From the NCBI GenBank assembly GCA_963714095.1, contig OY970230.1, positions 1,023,907-1,087,906 of the forward strand: a stretch of 64,000 bases of DNA, written 5' to 3'. The DNA is from Candidatus Gottesmanbacteria bacterium. Lineage in GTDB: Bacteria; Patescibacteriota; Microgenomatia; UBA10105; UBA927. Below, in pieces: positions 32,086 through 40,792 of this stretch. Positions within the stretch are counted from its first letter, which is position 1. Each line of letters begins with the position of its first letter. Both the position numbers and the translations under genes were made by a program. Below the pieces are notes generated by a model. The model did not search any database. It was not told where the DNA came from and saw nothing but the letters and a program-made list of their open reading frames with translations.

Positions 32086-33273
32086 TTATTTTGCTATTTT
32101 AACAGCTTTTCGGCCGACTTGAAATATCCCTCCGACTTTTGGTGAAACCGGTTCTTTTGGATTGGTTATTTTAACACCATTTATACTGACGGAACCCTGC
32201 GAAATTTGTCGTCGTGCTTCAGAATTGCTTGAGGCAAGATTCAGTGCTGTTAAATAGTCGATTGTACCAGCTGTAGATGGTAGGGTTGAAATTGATACGG
32301 TAGGCAATTTTGCCTGCGTGAGATCGCCGGTCTGGAACCGCGTGCCGAAATCTTTTTGGGCGGCATCAGCACTTGCTGAGCTATGAAGCTCAGCGACCAT
32401 CCGGTGAGCAAGTTCGATTTTAACGGTCATCGGATTCTCTTTTGCCGTGAGGCGTTTTTGCACGGCATCTACTTCTTCCATACTCGCGTTTGTTGCCAGC
32501 GTAAAATATTGCACGATAAGTTCATCCCGCAGGGACATGACTTTCCCGAACATATCTCCCGGACCGTCAGTAAGCCATATAGCATTATTCCAGGTTTTAC
32601 TCATTTTGCGGCCGTCGGTTCCCTCCAAAAATCCGTTGGCGATAATAAAGGATTCTTTTTTCCTCAAATCTTTTTGCAGAGTCCGGCCGGCCTGCATATT
32701 AAACGTCTGGTCCGTGCCGCCCAGCTGGATATCCGTATTCATAAACCAGCTGTCAAACCCCTGCATCACAGGGTAGAGAACTTCATGGAGTCCAACCTTT
32801 TTACCTTCCGTAAGACGTTTTTTGATAAGTTCCCGCCCGACAAAATCCCCGGCGGAAAAATGCTGGCAAAGTTTTACGATATCCGCAAATTTTAAATCCT
32901 TCAGCCATTCACTGTTGAAACGGACGTGTATTTTGGAAAAATCCAGCACCTTTTCCGCCTGTTTTTTGTAGGTTTCAAAATTATTTTTAATTTGTTCGCT
33001 TGTTAAGACCGGCCGTTCGCTGTCTTTATCGGATGTATCCCCGATAAGCGCCGTAAAATCACCGATAAGGAAGGTCACGTTATGGCCGAGTCTAGCAAAT
33101 GCGTTGAGTTTTCGCAGCGGCACTGCGTGCCCGATGTGGATTTGGGTGGCCGTGGGATCAATTCCGAGATATACATTGAGCTTTTTCCCACTCGCCAGGA
33201 GCGCCCGCAGTTTTTCTTTATTCGGGATGATATTCTCGACACCTCTGGTTAATAATTCCTCGATTTCGTCCAT
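32086..33273 (-). CDS. tyrS: Tyrosine--tRNA ligase
   Basis: GIDPT, HIGH, GGTDQ, KMSKT, S4 domain. Confidence 0.98.
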   Translation of the reverse strand: MDEIEELLTRGVENIIPNKEKLRALLASGKKLNVYLGIDPTATQIHIGHAVPLRKLNAFARLGHNVTFLIGDFTALIGDTSDKDSERPVLTSEQIKNNFETYKKQAEKVLDFSKIHVRFNSEWLKDLKFADIVKLCQHFSAGDFVGRELIKKRLTEGKKVGLHEVLYPVMQGFDSWFMNTDIQLGGTDQTFNMQAGRTLQKDLRKKESFIIANGFLEGTDGRKMSKTWNNAIWLTDGPGDMFGKVMSLRDELIVQYFTLATNASMEEVDAVQKRLTAKENPMTVKIELAHRMVAELHSSASADAAQKDFGTRFQTGDLTQAKLPTVSISTLPSTAGTIDYLTALNLASSNSEARRQISQGSVSINGVKITNPKEPVSPKVGGIFQVGRKAVKIAK

Positions 33274-33292
33274 AAATTTATTTTATCACACA
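33274..33292 (-). promoter_or_regulatory. Extended -10 promoter for a leaderless-type tyrS transcript
   Basis: TGTGATAAAAT-AAATTT-ATG. Confidence 0.55.
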
Positions 33293-33981
33293 TTTCGTGT
33301 CATTTCGCGAACGGTTGCATGCGCAAGAATATCCATTGTGTCATGGACAGTAATTCCCTGGATATTCGGAAATAGTATTTGTAAATCCGTACACGCTAAC
33401 AAAATATCCTGAATGTTTTTTCGAAGAAACGATTCGGCAATTACAGTGAGGCCTTTTTTCGTTTTTTCGACATCTTTTTGATTGAGAATATTGTGAATTG
33501 CGAGATTAATAGATTGTTGTTCATCATTGGTCGGGAGAATGGTTTTGATACCAAAACTTCGTAATTTTTTTGCATGTAATTGTTGTTTTCGGGATATGTC
33601 CGTTCCGATAAGCCCGATAGACGTAACATCGTTCGTTTTCAGCGACAAAGCCGTTTCGTCGAGAATGCTGAGTACCGGAATAGAGACTGCACGTCGTATG
33701 TCATGAATAAATACATGAAGCGTATTGCAGGGCATGACAAGAAAATCCGCTCCGGCATTTTCCAATAGTTTAGCCGCTGAAATAAGGAAAGGGAGAAATT
33801 TATTCATACTTTCCCCTTTCAATATCAGATCATTCTCGATTTGAACGGGGATTGGTGTGTTCCACATTAATATCGCAGGCCTCGTGCGTTGTTTTTGTGC
33901 AGCACAGAGTTCAACTATTTTTAGCTGAAATGCCGCGGTCGTTTCCGGACCGAATCCACCGATAATTCCCACAGTTTTCAT
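33286..33981 (-). CDS. Asp/Glu racemase-family (RacX/YgeA-like) amino-acid racemase
   Basis: VGIIGGFGPETT, MPCNTLH, LACTDL (two catalytic Cys). Confidence 0.9.
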   Translation of the reverse strand: MKTVGIIGGFGPETTAAFQLKIVELCAAQKQRTRPAILMWNTPIPVQIENDLILKGESMNKFLPFLISAAKLLENAGADFLVMPCNTLHVFIHDIRRAVSIPVLSILDETALSLKTNDVTSIGLIGTDISRKQQLHAKKLRSFGIKTILPTNDEQQSINLAIHNILNQKDVEKTKKGLTVIAESFLRKNIQDILLACTDLQILFPNIQGITVHDTMDILAHATVREMTRNV

Positions 33982-33985
33982 ATTG

Positions 33986-34948
33986 TTATTGCTCTGTAAG
34001 CTTAACCTCCTGAATAAATTCGTCGACATTCGGTAAATTTGGACTCGTCAGGCGCAGTTTTTCTACGTGTTTCTCTATAGAAACAAGATCGCCGAATGCA
34101 GTTTTAAATCCTTCATCTACGAGCGCAGAAAGCTCTTCTCGGGTTTTCGTAAAACCTAAGGTAAGCAAATCAGTAAGCAGCGGCTCCCGTTTTCCGTTTA
34201 ACTGTCTGGGCATGTAATGAGGCCCGGGGCACCGGTCAGTAAATAGGTCCAGGTGATCACCGTGCACAACAAGTTCCGGTAATTGATTTTCAACGATAGG
34301 CATGAGCTTTTTCCGTACTGATTGAAACGTCTCTTCCGATGTAGAAAAGCAATTGATTGTTATCGCCTTTGTTGGTGCAGGGAAAAACTTTTCCGGATCC
34401 CATGCGTCATGCCAACCGAAAATATGATGGGGCGTATAGATTTTTGCGCTTTCTTTATTTCCCCGCTTTTCTGCGGCGTTAAATGCTTTTTCCCACATTG
34501 GTGCGAGGGTCGGATCATGAAGACTCAGCAATTCGTCGGAAAGGCGTGATAGAAGGCTGATTGCGTTATTTGTTATCGGTTTATCGACATCGAGAAACCA
34601 GGAAATAGATGGGTGAAAGATTTCTTCAAATTTTTGAATAAAGAAAACACCCTGCCGGACCGTATCTTCTCCATCAGTGTGAGCGATGCCGTTTGCATGT
34701 TCCGATAAGTGCAATGGTACGAATACCCGAAGTTCAGGTGACACTGTTTTTTTCTCGGCGATTGCCTCGGCCAGCGAGAACGCAGGTGCAAATCCCGCCA
34801 AAAACCGCGCCGGCAGACCCAGGTCACTTATTCCAAAAACGACATTGATACCGACACTATTTTGTGCCCATGACGAATTTTCGATCTGAGATAATGACCG
34901 ACGTAGTCCTGTTTTGAATTCTGGTTGTAAGGCCTCAATTTTATTCAT
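33986..34948 (-). CDS. Hypothetical protein, possibly Rossmann-like (CDPS/class I aaRS-like)
   Basis: 320-aa ORF starting 15 nt after tRNA-Tyr; N-terminal beta-strand-GIS motif; fold call is tentative. Confidence 0.6.
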   Translation of the reverse strand: MNKIEALQPEFKTGLRRSLSQIENSSWAQNSVGINVVFGISDLGLPARFLAGFAPAFSLAEAIAEKKTVSPELRVFVPLHLSEHANGIAHTDGEDTVRQGVFFIQKFEEIFHPSISWFLDVDKPITNNAISLLSRLSDELLSLHDPTLAPMWEKAFNAAEKRGNKESAKIYTPHHIFGWHDAWDPEKFFPAPTKAITINCFSTSEETFQSVRKKLMPIVENQLPELVVHGDHLDLFTDRCPGPHYMPRQLNGKREPLLTDLLTLGFTKTREELSALVDEGFKTAFGDLVSIEKHVEKLRLTSPNLPNVDEFIQEVKLTEQ

Positions 34949-34963
34949 AGTTTTATACCTTTG

Positions 34964-35048
34964 TGCTGAGGCCAGGATTTGAACCTGGGTAGCCCGTCAG
35001 GGCGACAGATTTACAGTCTGTTGCGATTGACCGCTCCGCCATCTCAGC
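34964..35048 (-). tRNA. tRNA-Tyr(GTA)
   Basis: GCTGAGA..ACAGA-CTGTAAA-TCTGT, long variable arm, CCAGGTTCAAATCCTGG, A73; no encoded CCA. Confidence 0.96.
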
Positions 35049-35055
35049 GATTTTC

Positions 35056-35095
35056 GTGCCCAGTGGGAGGTGGTTCCTTTCCTCCGTTCGGGCAT
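35056..35095 (-). other. Minihelix-like hairpin just upstream of tRNA-Tyr
   Basis: ATGCCC-gaac-GGAGG-aaaggaacca-CCTCC-cact-GGGCAC. Confidence 0.45.
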
Positions 35096-35101
35096 GAAAC
35101 A

Positions 35102-35356
35102 TTAGTACGAATTCATTCCCCAGACTCTTTTGTCCCTAAAATCATCACATTGGAATGCTGCGGTAAAATCTGCTAAACAACGACCCTCTATACTTCTTTT
35201 TGGTTGTGTTTCATCTCCTATAAATTTTTCCTCCACCGCGCAAAATTTAGGTATATGCGTTTCAATATCATTACCGTGATTTTTCCATCCCTCTATTTTT
35301 TTAAGGGCTAAACATTTTCCGTCTGAAAAGTGTTCACATCGGTTCATACTATTCAC
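35102..35356 (-). CDS. Small Cys-rich hypothetical protein
   Basis: 84 aa with 5 Cys; GGAGGTG RBS lies just before the second Met (35347), the likelier start. Confidence 0.6.
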   Translation of the reverse strand: MNSMNRCEHFSDGKCLALKKIEGWKNHGNDIETHIPKFCAVEEKFIGDETQPKRSIEGRCLADFTAAFQCDDFRDKRVWGMNSY

Positions 35357-35367
35357 CTCCTTTCAAA

Positions 35368-35766
35368 TTATTTTTTACTTATCTCACCTCCAGAAAGTAA
35401 AATCACTGAACCTGCGGCCATACCTGCACAATCTTCCGCGAAACGCCGACGGGCATTTTGATCCGGCGGTATTTGGTTTAGCTCTGTTGATAACCTATCT
35501 CTAAATTCATTTAGAACCCTTTCTTCTTCAGCCGAATTTATTGCGCCGTCGACGTGGTCGGAGCAAACGAGAGAACCAGGGACGCCTGTAAAATTACAAT
35601 CTTCATGGATATGAAATTCGTTTGTTAATTCAGTAGTTATAGATTGTCGTTGCTGCGTTTCCTGACTACTATTGTTTGTGCGTACGGCATCCACAGCCGA
35701 TCCCACGGTTGTCAAAAGTCCACCGATCATTAATACGTTGCCTAATGTTTCTCGAATGTTTTTCAT
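35368..35766 (-). CDS. Hypothetical membrane/secreted protein
   Basis: GAAGGTGA RBS; hydrophobic N- and C-terminal segments; Cys pair. Confidence 0.65.
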   Translation of the reverse strand: MKNIRETLGNVLMIGGLLTTVGSAVDAVRTNNSSQETQQRQSITTELTNEFHIHEDCNFTGVPGSLVCSDHVDGAINSAEEERVLNEFRDRLSTELNQIPPDQNARRRFAEDCAGMAAGSVILLSGGEISKK

Positions 35767-35788
35767 ATGTATCACCTTCGATCTCGTG

Positions 35789-35858
35789 TGCTAGGGGAGG
35801 ACTCGAACCTCTCCCGCGGATCGGTATTTTCGATCGGCGGTTCCATCAGTACCCCAGC
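35789..35858 (-). ncRNA. tRNA-like RNA or pseudo-tRNA
   Basis: 7-bp acceptor GCTGGGG/CCCTAGC+A, T-arm GAGG-TTCGAGT-CCTC, no D-stem, central stem closing loop AAAATAC. Confidence 0.7.
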
Positions 35859-35867
35859 ATTTTCCAC

Positions 35868-36118
35868 TAAAAAACCTCGCCTCTATCCCCGAATTTGATC
35901 AGGGACAAGGGCGAGGTCAGTTAGGCCACGCGGTACCACCTTGTTTTGCCAAAGAAAAACCGACACGAGGTCGGTTCTACCTTAGCCTCAACGAACTTTG
36001 CTTTTGGCAACATTCGTTTCACGCTGTTACGGGCGTACCCGGTTCATGCTCCAGAGTGTATTTCGGTCGCTTATCGTTTTTTTAATAAGCGATCTACTAG
36101 GGTCTCCTTCAACGCATT
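35868..36118 (-). promoter_or_regulatory. Tyr-specific T-box riboswitch (transcriptional)
   Basis: GA/AGTA motifs, specifier GAAA-TAC-A, stem II/IIA GCCCGTAAC, antiterminator ACAAGG-TGGTACC-GCG...CGC-CCTTGT, terminator CCTCGCC...GGCGAGG-TTTTTT. Confidence 0.92.
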
Positions 36119-36137
36119 TCTATTCAATTGTTCACCT

Positions 36138-36166
36138 ATTATACCACAATTTGCCTGTTTTTGCAA
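36138..36166 (-). promoter_or_regulatory. Sigma70 promoter of the Tyr T-box transcript
   Basis: TTGCAA-17 nt-TATAAT with extended TG. Confidence 0.75.
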
Positions 36167-36185
36167 CTGCGCGTAAAATAGCTAT

Positions 36186-38777
36186 ATGTCTCTCTATGAC
36201 CGTTTTCGTAATCGGCAATTTCGTCGTCGGAGTTTTCGGATGACACGCAGTAATCTCCAGTTCATTACGACCATCGCCGTTGTCGGATTTTTTGTTGCAG
36301 TGGCAGCGGTTCTCTTTGTTGTTATTCTTTTTGCCTGGTATGCCAGGGATTTGCCCAGTCCCGATAAAGTGCAGCGGACAAGCGGATTATCCACGGTGAT
36401 TTTAGACCGCAACGGCGAAAGCCTGTATGACATTTACCAGAACGCAAACCGTATTCCGGTGCAGCTTTCGGATATCCCGAAATACTGCCAGGACGGGACG
36501 ATTGCCGTTGAAGATAAAACATTTTATACGCACCCCGGCATTTCGACAACCGGCATCATCCGCGCACTTATCTCGACCGTAGTCTTTCATAACGTCGAGG
36601 GAGGCTCGACCCTCACGCAGCAGCTGGTGAAAAATGTACTGTTGACCAATGAACAGACATTGCCACGGAAAATTAAGGAAGCAATCCTCGCCATACAAAT
36701 CGAGCGCAAATATACCAAAGACCAGATTTTGCAGATGTATTTAAACGAAGCGCCGTACGGCGGCACATCGGTGGGCATGGAAAGCGCCTCCCAGCTCTAC
36801 TTCGGCACGTCTGTAAAAGATTTAAATTTAACCCAATGTGCGATTTTGGCAGGGCTTCCCCAGGATCCCAGTAATTATTCCCCGTTTATCGGGACTCCGA
36901 AAGCATACGTGGGGCGGACCGAGATCGTTCTGCGGGCGATGCGTGACAACGGATATATCAGTGCGTCTCAGGAATCGGCGGCTGAAAAAGAAATTGCAGG
37001 GGTAACGTTTGCCTCCGACACGGGCGGGCTTCGTGCCCCCCATTTTGTCGCCTATGTGAAAGATCAGCTGGTGACAAAGTTCGGGGCTGCCACGGTGGAC
37101 GGCGGGGGGCTCAAGGTGACCACAACATTGGACTGGAAACTGCAGCAACAGGCACAAACCATTGTGAAGGAGGAAGTGGACAAAGCCAAATACTTGAGCG
37201 TGTCAAACGGGGCCGCGGTTGTCATTGATCCGGCAACCGGTGAAATTCTTGCCATGGTGGGGAGTAAAGATTACTCGGCTACGGACTCAAGTGGCTACAA
37301 GTTTAATGTGGTGACCCAGGGGCTCCGGCAGCCGGGATCATCGATTAAACCATTTACCTACGCGACGGCATTTAAAAAAGGCTATACTGCCGCAACACTT
37401 TTGATGGATGTGGACACGAAATACCCATCCGGAGATCCGACGAAGCCGGAGTATGAACCGAAAAATTATGACGGAAAATTCCGCGGCCCCATGCAGCTGC
37501 GGTATGCACTGGGTAACTCAATTAATACAATTGCAGTAAAAGTAAGTGCCTTGGTAGGAGTTAAAGATGTATTAACAACCGCTAATGATATGGGCATTTC
37601 TTCTCTTGCGCCGACTGATGACAATCTCAAACGGTTGGGATTATCCATGACTTTAGGCGGCGGTGAAGTAACACTCCTGGACCTTACGAGTGCCTACGGA
37701 GTCTTTGCAACAGAAGGCATGCGTATGGCCCCGGTATCAATACTCAAGGTTGAAGATAGGAACGGAAAAGTTTTGTATCAGTACAATCCCCCGACACCCG
37801 TGCGGGTAATTGCAGCGGATGTTTCATACATGATTTCCGATATACTTTCGGATAATGATGCACGGAAAGACGAATTCGGCTCAAATTCATACCTGTATGT
37901 TCCGGGTTTTACGGTTGCTGCTAAAACCGGCACGACGGACGACAAGCGCGATAATTGGACAATCGGTTACACGCCGTCGGTTGTCGTTGGCGCGTGGGTG
38001 GGTAATAACGACAATTCCCCGATGAACCAGGCGCTGGCATCCGGCATTACCGGCGCGGCGCCCATCTGGAACCGCATCATGCGCGCAGCCCTTAGTGGCA
38101 AAAAAGACGAACCGTTCGTCAGGCCAAGTGACATCATCGAAATGGATATTGATGCTTACGGCGGCGGCACGCCGGTCTCCGGGGAACCAACGCGGAAGGA
38201 GCGCTTTATCAAAGGCACGGAGCCTACAGGCCCTTCTCCTATCTATCAGAATATAAAAATATCGCGTCATGACAGCATAAAGCTTGCTAACCCCGTGGAG
38301 ATTACCAACGGGCAATATGACCTGAAGCCGTATATCGTTTTTTCGGAGCAGGACCCGGTGTCCTCGGACGGCAAAAACCGCTGGCAGGACGCCATTAACG
38401 CATGGATTGCGACTCAGGGGGATCCGAAATTCCACCCGCCGACCGACACCTACCAAGGGACGGATCAGATCGGTATGAACGTGCAGAGCCCGAAAGATAT
38501 GACACGGGTAAATAGTAATTCCGTCAACGTGCAGGTTGCGGTGACGACGCTCAACGGCCTGGATCGTGTGGAAATTTCCCTCGACGGGTCGATAGTGCAG
38601 ACCGTGCATGATAACAATGTGAACGTAACGATTACGGTGCCGAATGGCTCCCACATCATTCATCTGGAAGTTGTTGATTCAAAAGGAAATCATGCAAGTA
38701 ATGATCTGCATGTGGGAATTAATCAGGATTATTCGGCGCCGACGCCGACCGCTACGCCTACCCCTACTTCGCCTTAG
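36186..38777 (+). CDS. Class A penicillin-binding protein (PBP1A-like) with C-terminal Ig-like domain and PT tail
   Basis: EDKTFY, GGSTLTQQLVK, RKIKE, QPGSSIKP, SIN, KTGT. Confidence 0.95.
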   Translation: MSLYDRFRNRQFRRRSFRMTRSNLQFITTIAVVGFFVAVAAVLFVVILFAWYARDLPSPDKVQRTSGLSTVILDRNGESLYDIYQNANRIPVQLSDIPKYCQDGTIAVEDKTFYTHPGISTTGIIRALISTVVFHNVEGGSTLTQQLVKNVLLTNEQTLPRKIKEAILAIQIERKYTKDQILQMYLNEAPYGGTSVGMESASQLYFGTSVKDLNLTQCAILAGLPQDPSNYSPFIGTPKAYVGRTEIVLRAMRDNGYISASQESAAEKEIAGVTFASDTGGLRAPHFVAYVKDQLVTKFGAATVDGGGLKVTTTLDWKLQQQAQTIVKEEVDKAKYLSVSNGAAVVIDPATGEILAMVGSKDYSATDSSGYKFNVVTQGLRQPGSSIKPFTYATAFKKGYTAATLLMDVDTKYPSGDPTKPEYEPKNYDGKFRGPMQLRYALGNSINTIAVKVSALVGVKDVLTTANDMGISSLAPTDDNLKRLGLSMTLGGGEVTLLDLTSAYGVFATEGMRMAPVSILKVEDRNGKVLYQYNPPTPVRVIAADVSYMISDILSDNDARKDEFGSNSYLYVPGFTVAAKTGTTDDKRDNWTIGYTPSVVVGAWVGNNDNSPMNQALASGITGAAPIWNRIMRAALSGKKDEPFVRPSDIIEMDIDAYGGGTPVSGEPTRKERFIKGTEPTGPSPIYQNIKISRHDSIKLANPVEITNGQYDLKPYIVFSEQDPVSSDGKNRWQDAINAWIATQGDPKFHPPTDTYQGTDQIGMNVQSPKDMTRVNSNSVNVQVAVTTLNGLDRVEISLDGSIVQTVHDNNVNVTITVPNGSHIIHLEVVDSKGNHASNDLHVGINQDYSAPTPTATPTPTSP

Positions 38778-40790
38778 GCAGTTACCACCGTTGCCCCGAA
38801 TTTTTCGCCTGCGTACTCGATGAGTTTTTGGCGGATCGGTGCGATATCCATTCCCGTCAGATTTTTTGTCGGGTCGTTATACATCACACGGAACGTCCGT
38901 TTATTTTCGTACGCACCCAAAAACGTAATTGATTCGATGAGTTTATGCACCTGCGAAAGCACATCGATAAGCGGCCCCACCTGAAATCCTTCCGGAACGA
39001 TAAAAGATAAATCTTCAATAATCGGCGGATATTTGGATATGGGTCTATAAGTCCGTACCGGATTTGCATGCTTCACGAGTTCAGAAATATCCAAATAGAC
39101 CCGTGTTACGGGCGTATGAATATTCATTTTTGCCAGTAATTCGGGGTTCACGACACCGAGGGACCCGAATATGCCTAAAGAGAGGTGTTGGTCTGTATAT
39201 ATTTTGAGACCGTGTTTATCTGTCTCACTACTGGCGGGCACCGGAATACCAAAAAGTCGGAACAGGGTTTCCGCAAGTCCTTTCGCCTCCCTGAATTTCC
39301 TCACTGGTCCATACAACAATAAGCGATGGCGTTTCCTGCGGCAGATCGTTCGGGCGGAAGCGGTAACTCATACTCAACTCAAAAAGTTTTAGGGTATTTG
39401 AAAAATGAAGATTTTGTTCAACTGCTGCCAGAACTGACGGAAAGAGGTGCGGCCGCATGTACAGCCATTCTTCGGATAAGGGATTGGTGATTTTATACGC
39501 CTTTTTAGTATCGAGATTAAAAATATCCATCAGTTTTTTCGAAATCATGGAATATGTATAGAGTTCCGTAAACCCAAAATCGCGAAGACGGATTTTGATT
39601 TCCTGTTCCCATGCGAGTTCTGGATCCATAAGAACGACCGGCACTTCGCCTTCCGGAAGTTTCGTCGGGATATTGTGGTACCCGAAGATGCGCGCAATTT
39701 CTTCGATGACATCGACATCGAGCGTTACATCAGTGCGAAAACTCGGAACCGTGACGGTAATGTCTTTCTTCGTACTCGCCGGAGTGAATCCCAGAGGAGC
39801 AAGTATTTTTTTTATTTCGGAATCGCTCTGGGGTACCCCGATATACGCAGTTATTTTTTCTTTCGTTACGGAAACCGTATACGGTTTGTATGGTTTGGGA
39901 TACATATCGTACAGCCTGCTTGTAATTTTTCCGCCCGTAAGTTTTTCTATGAGTTCCGTGCCGCGGATAAGCGCGGGTAAGGTGAGTTCACTATCCGGTC
40001 CTTTTTCAAAAAGAGACGATGCTTCGCTGCGGGCAGCCAGTGCCATGGAAGTTCTGCGGATATTTGCGGGATTATACGTTTGAGTAAACAAAAGGACAGT
40101 AGTTGTAGTCGGCTTAATGCTGGAATTTTCGGCGCCCATGATGCCGCAAAGGTCGATAATCCTGCCCATCCCATCTTCAATAATGATATCGCCACCGGGT
40201 AAAATATGGGTTTTTCCGTCTAACGTGATTATCTTTTCACCTTTCCGGCTTTCGCGGAGCGTCATTTTTCCGTTCTTGATTTCGTCGTAGTCGAATGCGT
40301 GTGCCGGTTGCCCGTATGCGCGCATCAGATAATTCGTGGTGTCGATGACAGTATTAATACTCCTCACCCCTGTCGTTTCCAATTGTTGTTTGAGCCAGAG
40401 CGGTGATGGTCCCACCCGTACGCCGGTAAGTACGATGGATGTCCACCGCGGGTTCAGGCGCTGGTCGGTTTTTATCGTGAGGTTTTTTATTCCGTCCTTT
40501 TTATGTGCGCTGACAAACGGTTTTGTCTGCATCGCATACGGATCTCCGGTGAGTTTGGCGGGAATTCCGAAACGCGGCAAAATCGCAGCCGCTTCGCGCG
40601 CAACACCGACCACGGACATCGCATCCGGACGGTTGGTCGTAATTTCTATGTCGTAGACAAAATCGTCTCCGATTTTGGTCAGTCGTTCGACCGACGGACC
40701 GCATAAAGAAAGATATTCTTTGATTTGCGCGGGTGTCGCCTTCGTTTTTAGAAATTCCCTCAGCCATGAGTCAGGTAGTAAGATATTCAT
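38774..40790 (-). CDS. pheT: Phenylalanine--tRNA ligase beta subunit, split by a frameshift near 39295-39300
   Basis: ITTNRPD, DVIEEIARIFGY and NPLS in the upstream frame; KG..E, SKYPPIIEDL (B8 domain) in the +1 frame. Confidence 0.9.
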
Positions 40791-40792
40791 AA

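Noticed and set aside
35789-35858. tRNA-like RNA as tmRNA, tRNA-Sec/Pyl or a functional tRNA-Ile(AAT)
   Set aside because: No G3-U70 Ala identity or tag ORF, no UCA/CUA anticodon, no U33 and no D-stem
37887-38663. 258-aa minus-strand ORF
   Set aside because: Antisense to the PBP gene; no recognisable features
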